Source: Setoptus koraiensis
Lineage: Eukaryota; Animalia; Arthropoda
Direction: 5' to 3'
NCBI GenBank assembly: GCA_048013815.1
Contig: CM106586.1
Location: 9,114,001 to 9,178,000, forward strand
DNA: 64,000 nt
Of this stretch, positions 10,861 to 23,817 are shown piece after piece. A program made the position numbers and the translations under genes. Positions within the stretch are counted from its first letter, which is position 1; every line of letters begins with the position of its first letter. The notes below the pieces were generated by a model. That model saw nothing but the letters and a program-made list of their open reading frames with translations, was not told the origin of the DNA and made no database searches.

Positions 10861-12552
10861 TTGTTGCGCACATTCATGCGAAATAAACCAAGTGACACAA
10901 CGAGTGGATTACTACGAAGATTCCTAGGTGAACAGCGTCCATTTTTATCCTCAAGCAATCGGGTCACAATTGAATTTAATGGATCGCAGGGGCCAGTGAG
11001 TGGCTCTGGTTTCCAGTTCATCTATCAACATACTAATCCAATTGTTAAGTCGTGTCCTATAGGCACGCGAAGATGCCGATCGAGGACGGCCTGCTACAAT
11101 CTGGCGCAAACCTGCGACGGCGAGCTTAATTGCAATGACGGTCAGTGTTAGGATCACAACGACCGTACAACTAATGATGGCTCGTCGACCCTATTTTCTA
11201 ATTTACTATATCCAGTCCTATTCCTTATTGATTACCACAAGAAAGCTAACAGTTGTCTGTTGAATCGTCGCCTAATTCGAATACAGGTACCGACGAGGAA
11301 CAATGTCCGTTTATGGACGAGCGAGACCAGCAGTTTCTCCGACCATGTGGCAGGCCTTCCATTGAGCCTTTGGAGGGCAACCTAGAGGAAAAAATATCCG
11401 GCGGAAGGGCTTCATTGGCAGGCTCGTGGCCGTGGACCGTGTCGCTGCGTCTAGTATCCAAGGAGCCCGTGGGTCACATGTGTGGAGCCGTGATAATAAA
11501 TAGACAATGGCTATTGAGCGCCGCACATTGTTTGTCGCCGGAGCCCAATTTGCGCAATTGGTTGGCCGTGTTTGGTCAGCACGAAAAACTTGAGCAATCC
11601 TCGGAATATCGCGTGGAACGCTATCTAACAAACGCCTTCATTGCACCCGATTACGAGGACGAAAACATCGCATTGGGACAATATAATCTAGATAACTCAA
11701 CAGCAATAGCGGCATCGGCGACGAGTCGCGACGATATTCAGTCTAGATTGCGTGAAAACAACGACAATGACTCTATTGACTTTCTGAAAAAGATTGAGAT
11801 AGCCAACGAGGCGGCCAGAATGAATAATTATCGTTCTAGAGGTGATCTGGCCTTAATCAAATTGAATGCGCCATTGCCCACAAACAATCCAATGATAGAG
11901 CCTATATGTTTAGCGCATTCAACAAATTCCAACAATGGGCGGACACTATTCAAACATCATCAACCATCATACACCACCACCAATCACCTTAAACAGGCAC
12001 ACAACGATGATGACGCAACTGACAAGCTACAACTACACACTCTGGACAATTCTATAGGGCAAAATTTAGCTGAATTTTCGCTAGACTATACAGCCGATGC
12101 GCCGGTTTTCATCTCGTCCGCCCCCGCAATCAGCGCACATAATAATGGTCCTATAATGGAGGGCGGTGGGACACAATTGAATGATAATAATTATGAGTCG
12201 GGCCCCACTAATCAGCGACAGCATCAACGGCCTGAGAGCTGCCCGTATGGTTGCAACGCTTCCTTCTCTGCCACGACCACAACCACAACCACAAACACCA
12301 AACTTGCAACAAAACAGTCAAATATTCACACGTACACCAAATCGACTCCACCCAAATCACATCAACAACAACACAACGCCACCAATGATAGATCGATCGT
12401 GGCACACGATGCTCACCAGCTCGCCGGCCTAATGGCTCATGTCGTGGGCTGGGATAGTGACTATCACGGTCAGTTGAAACAAGCCCAGGTACCCATTTTG
12501 ATGAATGATTTGTGTCAAAAATGGTACGGTCACCCATTCATTATTACTCCGT
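10388..12552 (+). CDS. Modular S1A serine protease (CUB + LDLa + trypsin domain), partial; exons 10388-10440 (tentative), 10571-11140, 11287->12552
   Basis: CUB: YPAGLNCSWLLEAP..KVFRFYFLNLDL...SSSNRVTIEF.....GSGFQFIY. The LDLa is completed across a phase-1 intron (11141-11286): CPIGTRRCRSRTACYNLAQTCDGELNCNDG|TDEEQC. Activation site K-ISGG, WPWTVSL, catalytic His (LSAAHC) and catalytic Asp (DLALIKL) are present. The catalytic Ser region falls in or after the N gap and was not seen. Confidence 0.88.
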
Positions 12553-13052
12553 NNNNNNNNNNNNNNNNNNNNNNNNNNNNNNNNNNNNNNNNNNNNNNNN
12601 NNNNNNNNNNNNNNNNNNNNNNNNNNNNNNNNNNNNNNNNNNNNNNNNNNNNNNNNNNNNNNNNNNNNNNNNNNNNNNNNNNNNNNNNNNNNNNNNNNNN
12701 NNNNNNNNNNNNNNNNNNNNNNNNNNNNNNNNNNNNNNNNNNNNNNNNNNNNNNNNNNNNNNNNNNNNNNNNNNNNNNNNNNNNNNNNNNNNNNNNNNNN
12801 NNNNNNNNNNNNNNNNNNNNNNNNNNNNNNNNNNNNNNNNNNNNNNNNNNNNNNNNNNNNNNNNNNNNNNNNNNNNNNNNNNNNNNNNNNNNNNNNNNNN
12901 NNNNNNNNNNNNNNNNNNNNNNNNNNNNNNNNNNNNNNNNNNNNNNNNNNNNNNNNNNNNNNNNNNNNNNNNNNNNNNNNNNNNNNNNNNNNNNNNNNNN
13001 NNNNNNNNNNNNNNNNNNNNNNNNNNNNNNNNNNNNNNNNNNNNNNNNNNNN
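12553..13052. other. Assembly gap (500 N)
   Basis: Run of exactly 500 N, probably a fixed-size scaffolding spacer. Confidence 0.99.
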
Positions 13053-13970
13053 CCCCACCCCACCCCACACCCCACCCACCCCACACCCCACCCCACCACC
13101 CCACCCCACCCCACCACACCCCACCCCACACCCCCCCCACCCCCCCCCACACCCCACCCCACCCCACCCCCCCCCCACCCCACCCCACCCCACCCCACAC
13201 CCCACCACCCACCCCACCCCACACACACCCCCCCCCCACACCCCACCCCACCACCCCCCCCCCCCCCCACCCCACCCCCCACCCCCACCCCAACCGACCC
13301 CCACCCCCGACCCCCCCCCACACCCACCCCCCCCCCACACCCCCCCCCCCACCCCACTCAAAACCCCACCCCCCCCCCCCCACCCCACCCCCCCCCCCCA
13401 CAGCCCACCCCCCCCCCCACCACCCCACCCCACCCCACACACACCCCCCCACCCCACCCCACACCCCCCACACCCCACCACCCCACACCCCCACACCCCA
13501 CACCCCACCCCCCCCCACCCCACCCCCCCCCCACACCCCACCCCCCACACCCCACCCCACCCCACACCCCCCCCACCCCCCCCCCACACACACCCCACCC
13601 ACACCCCACACCCCCCCCCGACCCCCCCCCACCACCCCCCCCCACCCCCCCCCCCCCACACCCCCCCACCCCACACACCCCACCCCACACACCCCACACC
13701 CCACCCCCCCCACACCCCCCACACCCCCCCCCCACCCCCCCCCACACCCCCCCCCCACCCCCCCCCACCCCCCCCACCCCACCCCCCCCCACACACACAC
13801 CCACCCCCACCCCACCCCACCGCCCCACCCCACCCCACCCCACACACCCCCCCCCCACCCCCCCCCCACCCCACCCCCCCCACCCACACCCCACCCCCCC
13901 CCCTCCCCACCCCCCCCACCCCACACCCCACACACACACACCCCACCCACCCCGCTCTCTGCACACCGCC
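13053..13970. repeat. Irregular C(n)A low-complexity tract (G/T on the minus strand)
   Basis: About 900 nt almost entirely C and A in irregular runs, fading into C/A-biased sequence up to ~14330. The Pro/His/Thr ORFs in the track are products of this tract. Confidence 0.9.
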
Positions 13971-15002
13971 CCACCCGCTCCCGCGCACGACCAATTGCGG
14001 CACCTCCCAACCCTAACATGCGACCCACGACTCGTCGCTACCCCACACAATGTGCTCAATCTCCTACCACTCGCAACTCGCGACACTAATAAACCGCCAC
14101 AGCCTCATGCCAAACACACCCACACACTCACTACCAAGCAATGACCCACGCACGTGTCGCATATCCTACTCATCCCACCACTCATGACTACCAACACCAT
14201 GGAATCCCACCCAGTCACAGGTCGCAACCCTCACCCACTCGACCCTACTCTACCCACGAAACGACCCATCATTGATCGCCCGCCATACTCCGTGATACCG
14301 TGAGTGTCGACGTGCTTATCCCGACAGCTCCACCGGACGCACATGAGCTTATGCACGAACAGGCCGGCGCTGACAATGCCACTAACTAGCCAAAAATCAC
14401 CAATCTCATGGATGTTTCATGTGATGAACCAATCGGAAGTGGCTAAGGGATGCGCCGGCCAACACCGGACAAACAGCAACGAATCGAGCGAGCGACAACA
14501 AACGTAATCAGCTATAAATAGCCCAAACTTATTGTATGCGTCCGTAAAACGCGCAGCTCCGATTGGCCCCAGTTGGCCCCGGCGTCAGTGAACTCTCGTT
14601 TTGAACATTGTTGAACCCGCCTGAATGTCAACCTCTGCGTTGCTCCTGACAAGTCTCGTCAGGTGCCATGTAATTGTCACTTGGGCCCGGCTGAGCCAAG
14701 TGAAGGGGCCCCTTCTCTTGGCCATAATGGGCTGCTTTTCGTGCGCCGCTCGCCTCGCCAAAAGGAGCGAAAATCCTTGCCTGGCGAGTCGCGGAGAGTT
14801 TCTTCGATTCGCGCGCCATTCGCACTTGCCAGCCCGTACACGTGCAGTTGACAATGAATGACAACCACTCAGGGCCAAACAGAAGAATTTATGGATAATG
14901 GGAGTTTTGCGCACTTTTCGCCCCGTGGATCACACATGGAAACATCATCATCGCGATTCGCGAAAAACGGTGCCCCAATCGAGGGGCTGACTATTATTGG
15001 CG

Positions 15003-15046
15003 GGTCCCGAGAGGTCCCGAGAGGTCCTGAGAGGTCCTGAAAGGTC
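15003..15046. repeat. 10-bp minisatellite (GGTCC(C/T)GAGA) x4
   Basis: Direct reading. Confidence 0.85.
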
Positions 15047-15534
15047 AGGCTGACACCGAGTGAAAAACCCGCCCGGCCCGCTTTTTGCTCGATCGCTGCG
15101 ACATGTTGCGAGCGCAGCTCGCATTGGAGCTTACAGTTGGCGACTCGTCACTAAGATATTGATCGCATTTTGGTCGCATTCGGTCGGCACGGATGCATTG
15201 TAACTCTCGTTTGACACATTTGTAATTCGCGTTTCGCTGCCACTCTGACCAGTGCCATCGACGGCCCGGAATTTCTCTGTTCTGTTTGCAGAGTCAAGCT
15301 CGCAGTTTGTCGGCCGAGCTCGCAGTTTGTCTATGTGGCTATGCGAGGCCGTTCGGAATCTCGAAAATTTTCTTCGCGTCGGCCGGTGACAGATACGCCT
15401 GGCCGGTATAGATCATGGTCGGTGGTGATTCATGGAAATAAACTCGGTGCAACCATATTTACAATATTTACAATATTGTGAATCTGCTCGAATGCGCCAT
15501 CGGCAATGCCGAGTTTTCGCACGCCGATAAACAC

Positions 15535-15600
15535 GGCCATGAATGGGCCCATGAATCGGGCCATGAATCGGGCCATGAATCGGGCCATGAATGGGGGCCC
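15535..15600. repeat. 12-bp minisatellite (GGCCATGAATCG) x~5
   Basis: Direct reading. Confidence 0.85.
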
Positions 15601-16872
15601 CATCGAGCGGGGCCCATGATATTATTATCGGCCGTTTGCACTTGATTGGCCCTCTTGTGAGCGGCCAGCCAAATTGCGAATATGGGCCAAGCCTATGGGC
15701 TATCGGGAAAGCGCCCTCAATGGGCATGTTCGTTTCGGGTTCGGGCTCGGGTATAATTGCGGCGCAAATGGATACTCGAAATGTAAATGTTTGCCTTGTC
15801 GACCAGCGATGGCAATGGGCAATATTGAGCAATATGAGCAATATGAGCGAACAGCCATACAAAATAACTGTTGTGTAAACTGTTGTTGGCGCTGGCAAAC
15901 AATTGAAACGATTGAAAATAGCTGCTCCACTGGATCGCATTGCCGGCCCGAGCTCTCAAAGCGTGTGTGTGCCATTACAAATATGAGAGCTTTGTAATAG
16001 GATAGAGCACGAAGGGTAAACACGATGATTTATGGACGCACGCCGGTCTGGTTGCATACACTGGATAAACTGTGTATAAAAGTACAAAAGTGCAAAAGTG
16101 AGAGCGCACGAAAGTCAGCGCCGGGCCCCATCGCATCGAACGATGGGGCCATATTGAGGGGCACCGCGACAAACAAACAGATAATATATATATGTACGGT
16201 CCAGTTGATTTATCCGACCAGCCTAATGCCACCTGTTTGTGTGCCCAGATACAATGACAACAACGACGCCCAAGAGGGTGATGGCGGCCGACGGGCCAGT
16301 CGGGCAATTATTGGTGCTAGTTTCGGGCCGTCGGGCCGGATAACAGGGTGCGCCGCACGGTGCGTGAATTTGGCGCGGGCCGGCCAACAATTGGCGCAAA
16401 TCAAACTGGAAAATCTCATCGCCGATTGTCGTCGTCATACAAACGGCGCACAGTGTGTACATTTGCCCGGGGGCCCTGGCCAATGTTTGCGGCCATGCGA
16501 TCGTTGGGGCGCCCACTGCCCCATCATACTGTATGATTCATACACGAGCAATGAGCGGCGCTCTGGCAAGGTCACCGCTCTTGTGGTTGCGTCTGTTGTT
16601 GCGTGTGTCGTTGCGCCTATCGTTGCGTTTGTTGTTGCGTCTGTTGTTGCGTCTGCTGTTGTGTCTGTTGGGGGCCCCATTTGCAGTATCGGGCCGCGTT
16701 GTGCGTGCTCGCCTCGTGCCACAATGGAGCCCACAATGAGCGATATAAGCGATGTTTCAAGCTCGCATCGGCGTGATCGCTCGCTCGCCAACGACAAACA
16801 AACGACCTTCCAATAGCCGGCCCCATTCGCCGTTGTGTCGCGCGTGCTGAAACCCAAGCGGCCCCAGTGACC

Positions 16873-16936
16873 CAATACAGACTCTGTACAATACAGACTC
16901 TGTACAATACAGACTCTGTATAATACAGACTGTATT
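16873..16936. repeat. 16-bp minisatellite (CAATACAGACTCTGTA) x~4
   Basis: Direct reading; shares the AATACAGACTC core with the array at ~25825-25900. Confidence 0.85.
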
Positions 16937-19900
16937 ACGATGTAGAGCCACGGTCACCGCCAGATCTGGGTCTAGGTCTAGGTTAGGGCGGCCGCGCTGG
17001 CCGCGATGCGCCGGCCAGCCACTATGTGACAGTATTATGTTATTGGGCTCCGGCACGTCACTGCACGCCCGCCGGCGTCACATAACGGCGGCGTTATGAT
17101 AACGCGACGGAACGTTTCGTGCGCGGGCCCCAATCGCACTGTCCGCCGGCCTGGCGAGCTTGCCAGCGGCGAACAGCGACGCTTGTTTGGCCCGATAACG
17201 CGCGCCAAACAACGCGAGCCATTCGAAAATTCCCAAAGGCCGCCATCTCCGCCACAGCCACTCTGTGCCACACAGTCTGTGGGTGTGTGGGTCGGGGCCC
17301 CATCGTGCACAGATTACTGTGGCTCGCTCGCTCGCCAATGCACCAGCAAATCATATCGCACGCAACGAGACCAAATCTTGTCCACATCGGCTCCTCTCGA
17401 GCTCTCCGGCCTGTCGTGACTCACAACTGGCGAGTAGAGCCCCGGCGCAGGCACCACCAAAGCAGCCAGCAAATATCCAGATAACCACCATGTTTGCTTG
17501 CACTTGTTATTGGCTGGCTTGCCAGCGAATAGCGGGCCAGCGAATGGCGAGCTAGCATGAAATTGTCACACCTCAATGGGTTGCGCATTGAGCGAGTTGG
17601 CCGAATTGTGCTAGCGCCTAGCAAGTTGAGGCGCCTTCGATATTTCGAGCGGATCTGGCGCAACGGTCGTCCGATCCATATTCACCGTGAATAATTCACG
17701 CTAGATTGTCTAGGTTGTAGACAAATGGACGGCATGTTGTCTATCCACATCCACGCTTGGACTCGATATACAGTATGTGAATGGTGAATCTGATGCGCCA
17801 TTCATGGATATCCGGCAATCCGGTTTGCCCGTCCGGACTCCGGACGATTGTGATCAAAAGCGTCCAAAAGCATGACGCTGCATGCACGCTCCGGGTCTTT
17901 ATCCACCGGGCCGAGCCCAGTAGATTAAAAGGGCCCCAGCGGATAAAAAAGCTGCTGCATATCCATTTGTGTTTGACCGTGAATATTCACACATGCGGCG
18001 CCAGAGACGGGGTCCGGTGGTGGCAGTATGTTGTCACAAATCGTTAAAAATAACGATATGCGAGTAGATGATTTTAGTTGCGCAATGATCAGTTGGTTGG
18101 GCCGACGCTAGCGTTGTGTGTCGGTCGCCGTGAATGGGCCCCAATCGTCTGCCAATATCTGCACATCTGCTGCCGCTGATCTGGTGCGATATGGCGAGAT
18201 ATGCAAATGTAATGTTTGCCAATGTTTACGGCCGTCAGACAACAACGACAACAACAGCGATTACGAGCGCCAGCACTTTTGTGTCGCCAGCCGCGACTCG
18301 CGCTGCCGAACAAACCATCAACAAAGGTTATATTTTATATTCTGTTTATCTGTCGTTGGTGTGATATTGTCATACGCACTGCTTTATCTGCTTCATGGCG
18401 CGCCACTGGCCGCGGATAAAATATGCTGATATGATTCACTCTGGGCCTCACAGTCAGAGCTGCACAGTCTGAGCCTCAGACTCTGACGAGTGCGAGCAAG
18501 TGTTAAGGACAAACGTGTGCGCGTCACCGCCAGAGTGTGGGCCCCATCGAGCAGACGGGCCCAATGCCGTGGGACGGGCGAGACGCAGCGAGTGTGTGCT
18601 AAAGACGGAGCAAGAGACGCGCCAGAATGCGAATGCCAAATTTGCGGCTCTGGCGAGCTGGCTTGCCAGCAAATCGTTGCCAGCAAACGCTCCCCTCGAG
18701 CCCACTGGCTTATCCGGCGACGCATTTTATATTGCACGATAATACACCGTTGCGACAATATATTGCGGCATTTCTCGCCAGCTCAGTTACTGCCAGCAAG
18801 TTGCTGGCAATAGTTTGGTCGGTATCGAGTCGACCGAGTTATTGGCGATTGTGGCGGCGCGTCGGTCGTGTCGGTCGTGTCGGTCGCGTCGGTCGTGTCG
18901 GTCGGGTTCGGGGCTAAAGAGCTGCTGTCGGCCCGAGCGACTCGGGCTAAAAACAAAATTGCCCGCCACATCCAATAAGAGCCATGGAGAGATAATACAA
19001 GATTCTTTATACAAGTAAGAGCAACGCGAAATAAGTGCCCGAATAATGGTGTGTTGTCGAGATTATATTTAGATTCACTCAGCGCCAGTGGCGCCACAGA
19101 GTGAATTGATGTTATTTCGGGCTGCCAAGCCCAACCGGGCGACACAGCACGCGGGGCACGCGATAACCCGTGGCCAGATTGCACGGTGACAACCACAGTG
19201 GCAACAATGCATCTCGCCCGACAATCGGCCAACAACAACAGCACCAACAACGACAGCAACAGCAACAACGACGGCAACAACCATGCGACACGGCAACGAA
19301 GCGACAATGCGAGCGAGCTTGCCAAAATGACGCGACAATGCGACACGACAATGCTACAAAGTGAATCGCGCCGTTCGGGCGGGGGGGGGCCGTCCATCTA
19401 ATGCGACAATCTCGCTGGCACTATTTGCCAGCCAGGCTGGCATAGTGCCAGCAATAGTGCCAATGGCAAATGGATATAACCAGTGCAGCACCAGCGCCGG
19501 CCATAAGGAGCTGGCCGTGCCAGTCGCTTGCCGTTTGGGTCTAGCCATTAGAGTGTCGCCATTAGATTAGTCTTGCCATTGGGGCCCCAAGAAGCGGGCG
19601 AGCCGAGCCGAGAAGACGCGCCAGTCGGTAGTCGCGCACACAATGATAGATGACACTTCAATGTGCGTCGGGCCTTGAAACTAACGACCATCCGAGCTGG
19701 ATATTTTATCCTCTTCTTGCTTGCTCGTTTTGCCCCTCGCTCTTTCTATTAGTGCAACACCCGAGCGCCCGAAACACACACACACACACACACACACACA
19801 CTATTGCACCAGCCAACCAGTGCCCGGCCCCAACAACAAAAAGGCCGACTGTATGGCCTCTCGAGCGACTCGACTCGAGTTGGCCCGTCCAAGTGGCGAG

Positions 19901-20385
19901 CAAATCCAACAGAGAGATTTATTTATCCAGATATCCATATATGGCGGGCGGGCGGGCGGGTGCACTATTCATTGGTTGTCGACACTGGCTGCAGCCAGCT
20001 TGCTTTTTTCACTTGCTCCAATCGATTCTTTTATCCATCGGCCAGGCCCCGCTCTCTTTATAGGGTTAGAAGAGTTAGTAATAGTAATTGGCGACGATAA
20101 GCTGATAAGTGTGGCCACTGGCCAGCGAGGGGCCCCAACGAGTATATGGGCCCCGGAATAGAATTAGCGATTAAGGGGCCCCCCGAACGAAATTGAATGC
20201 CGACCAGTGCCGGCACTGAAACAGTGTATGTGCACCCACCTAATGGGTATTACTCGCATATCGGCCAAGATCGCGCCGACCTCCCGGCTCGGCGGATATC
20301 TAGGCATACGGCATGTGGCTGACGGGTAACGCGCACATCCCGTTACATGCCGATACGTGCGGCCAGATTGGCCGGCACCGGCCAC

Positions 20386-20466
20386 TTGGCCGCGATATCG
20401 TTGGCCGCGATATCGTTGGCCGCGACATCGTTGGCCGCGATATTGTTGGCCGCGATATTGTTGGCC
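20386..20466. repeat. 15-bp minisatellite (TTGGCCGCGATATCG) x5
   Basis: Direct reading. Confidence 0.85.
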
Positions 20467-22182
20467 GGTTGCCCGATATCCCGATCCGCGATCAACGGTA
20501 GTTGAGTAGGCCGATCGCACAAATCGCGCCTGAAATATCCATCCGGCCAGCAAGGCCGCGGTTGCGTGTGCTTCGTTTGGCCCCATGCGCGCCGCCGTGC
20601 CGAGCTTGCCAGAGACTTTCGATTAGTGATTGGGTGTCTACGCGTACACTGCTGCTGCGAAGAACAGATTTCAGCAGTGTTTGTTCTTTATGATGCATCG
20701 CTCGATGATAATACCGCTACACTGGTGATATATCCGACCGTGTATATAGCCATATATCCAGTCGGAAAATCCAGTTTGATACATTCCATGGATATCCAGT
20801 GATGTTTGCAGCGCAAACTTTGGGCCATTGCCAATTATGTCCATGGATATTCGCATATTCGCGCATATTCATGAATCATGCTGCAACAATGGTGATGCCC
20901 ACGTCCAAACTGGATTTGGATATTCACAAAGGCGACCTACCTCCGAATCTGAGGCTCTGATCCGTGCGCCAGATGAATATCCGTCGATGGCCTAAGTTAG
21001 GCCGCCTAAGTGAATTGCCATTGTTCATGTTGCGAGCCGGGGCCGTAGTGGCCAGCGCTCATATCAGTAGAGCTTATATCAGCGCACGGGGCCCCGCCGC
21101 TGATATACGCTGATATAAACATGCATAATATATGTGATATTCAGTGAGTTGAGCAGCGGCAAGCGGGTTCGAAAATTCTGACAAAATGCACAGGAGCTAT
21201 CAGCATGAATATTGAAATGACGACGAGCGACTGAACAATTGCAACTCGCCACTCAATGGGGCCAGAGAGGCCACATTATTTGGCAATATTGTAGCCTGGC
21301 CCATTATTGTAACAAAAAGCCAGAGAGTCTCTGGCTGACAGCCGCCGCCGAGACCACAGACAAGAGCTGAATATTGTGTTGTGTTTTGCATTTGTTTACA
21401 TCAGTTGTTGCTATTTGTAACAATATTTCTGTTGTTGTTGCTGTTGTTGTTGGGCGCCGGATGAGCGAGCAGACAACTGTCAGTTTTAATTGTCACACGA
21501 CGCCGGCAACAACGTTGCCAGAACCGAAATAAATGGCTAATTGAAAACAACACAACATACAGCATTACTCGGGCCAGCGACAAATCGAGTCTAGGCATTT
21601 GGGCGACAAATTTGCGCGACAAACTCATCGAGAAGCAACCCGCTGCCGCATGATTGCCGGCAGCAGACAATGGGCCGTTTTCCCGCAAACAACGGCCCCG
21701 ATCGAGGCCCCCGAGTGACTCATTGCAGGGCGAGCAATCCAGGTTGCGAGTCTCCCGCACCGAGAGTCTCCCTTAAAGAGAGTCTCCCTTAAAGAGAGTC
21801 TCCCAGCGAGTGCGGCCCCATCTCTCCAGACGGCTTGGGGCCCGAGCGAAGAGCTGGCTCGCAACAGCGACCCAACTGCAGGCACTCTATTTGTCGGGCC
21901 CTTTGGGCCTCAATCGTCCGCCAGAGCGGGCCCCGAAAACGGGTGCGCCGTCGAGATCGTTGGTGCGCCACCTACGCTGTCTTCTTCTTATGCGCGCGGT
22001 GCGTACACAAGAAAACTTGTGGGCCGGCTGAGCAAATATATGCGACGTATATATTATATCATATATGTCTATGTATATATCATCATATATGGCCGCGTGT
22101 GTAGCTAATGTTACGCGGCGCTGGTAACATTAGCCATACACCGGGCTCGTGGGCGCGCCCCTCGTTCCCGAATCCGCAAGGC

Positions 22183-22310
22183 CGAATTTGCGAATTCGCT
22201 GCACCGAGCGAATTTGCGAATTCGCGGCACCGAGCGAATTTGCGAATTCGGGAGCGAGCGAGTTCGCAAATTCGCGTATTCGCGAGAACGAGCAAATTCA
22301 CAAATTATTG
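22183..22310. repeat. 26-bp direct repeats x3 followed by an inverted copy of the core CGAATTTGCGAATTCG
   Basis: Core at 22183, 22209 and 22235; inverted CGAGTTCGCAAATTCG at 22259 (15/16 match). Confidence 0.85.
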
Positions 22311-23736
22311 CGCAACGATCAAATTAGCTCGCCATATCTGACAGTGACGGCCGGGGCCGGGCTCGCGATGGGCGCATTTGTAATTTGCATGCGGCAATTG
22401 TCTCTCTGGCGCGTGCGTCTGGTGTGCCCATGGGCGACAATGCGACACGACGGTTCGCCGGCCCGCACGGCGGATCTGTCGCCGCCGGGCCCGCACACGC
22501 CGGCGTGCACAGCGCTTAGTTATATGATATACAACCACTGGCAAGTTGTATGATATATAACATGCAACAACATCTACGACAACACGATAATCGCGATTGC
22601 TCTCAGTGGCAGCGCCGCCAGACGAGCCAACGGCCTCGGTGGGGCCCCGGCAGCGCGCAGCCAGCCGGGCAAGGGGCGAACGCCGTTGGATTTGTTGTTT
22701 CTGGAAAGCAAGCAGAGTGAGGGATGTTGGCAAATGTAATCGTGAAATTGTTGTTGTTGTTGTTGCTGCTGCCGAGCGTTTGTTTGCCCGTCAGCGCGCT
22801 CGTCAGCCAGCTCGTCGTTGCGCCGGGCCCCTCAGCCCGGGCTGAGGGGCCCGGCGCACCCAGCTGACGGTGCAATAAGCAATAAGATTGCTTATTTGAT
22901 CGAGTTTTGCCAGCCACTGGCATCGCCTGGCAACGGGTGTTTGCTGGGCCCCTGGGGGGGGGGCGCCAACGAGCAGCCGAGCAGCGACGGTGCGATAGAA
23001 ACAATTTCAAATCCATTGTTTGTTAGCAACTGTGCACCGAGCAGCATTATTCCCCCCCTCGCTCGCTGGCCGCTGTCTTGGGCGCGACCTTGAGCGGCCC
23101 GGCCCCAACCGGCGGTAAACAAAGCCGACCATCAACTGGCTCCCAGTTAGTTGATGGCTTGTTCGGCCGGGCCCGCCGAGAACGAGGCTAGCAGCAGCCA
23201 CCAAACGGCCGCAATATTGCATTTCGCGCCGAGACGGCGCCGCCGGCCCGACGAGGGCGCGCTCCAGCGGGCCGCCCGGCCAAAGTCGCTCGAGATTTAT
23301 TGTCCGAATTGTCTCAGACGGGCAAATGTTGCGCTGCCACATTATATGTTTGTAGGGCCACAGCACTGCAAACAAGCGCCGATTCGCAAAACACCGCAAG
23401 CACTGTGGCATTTGGTGCCTTTTGGCCCATCGCTGGGGCCCCAGCAAACACACGGCAAACAGCGCAGCAACACAGCAAACGCAAACAGCGGCCGCCTGGC
23501 GGGGGGCGCCCGAGTGAGCAGGCCGCAACATTATCCGGCGCTGGCCAGTGATATAGATGTTGATTGTATATAGATGTTGTTGTCGCAATAGTTGGTTTGT
23601 TTGTCGGTCGGTGTGCGCCGTGTTTTATCGCTCAATGGGGCCCACTGGCCGCCGACGAATACTAATGAGCGTCATGTGCGCTCCAATTTCACTTGTCCGC
23701 TGGCTGGCCTTTGCGGCCACTACAACCGCTGTCGCT

Positions 23737-23817
23737 CTGTTACCCGGCGAACCGCCGCTGTTACCCGGCGAGCCGCCGCTGTTACCTGGCGAGCCGCCGC
23801 TGTTACCTGGCGAGCCA
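23737..23817. repeat. 21-bp minisatellite (CTGTTACC(C/T)GGCGAGCCGCCG) x4
   Basis: Direct reading. Confidence 0.85.

Noticed and set aside
11253-14144. 963-aa ORF and overlapping Pro/His/Gly-rich ORFs (extensin/collagen-like)
   Set aside because: They are read through 500 Ns and the C/A tract; only 11287-12552 is credible coding sequence.
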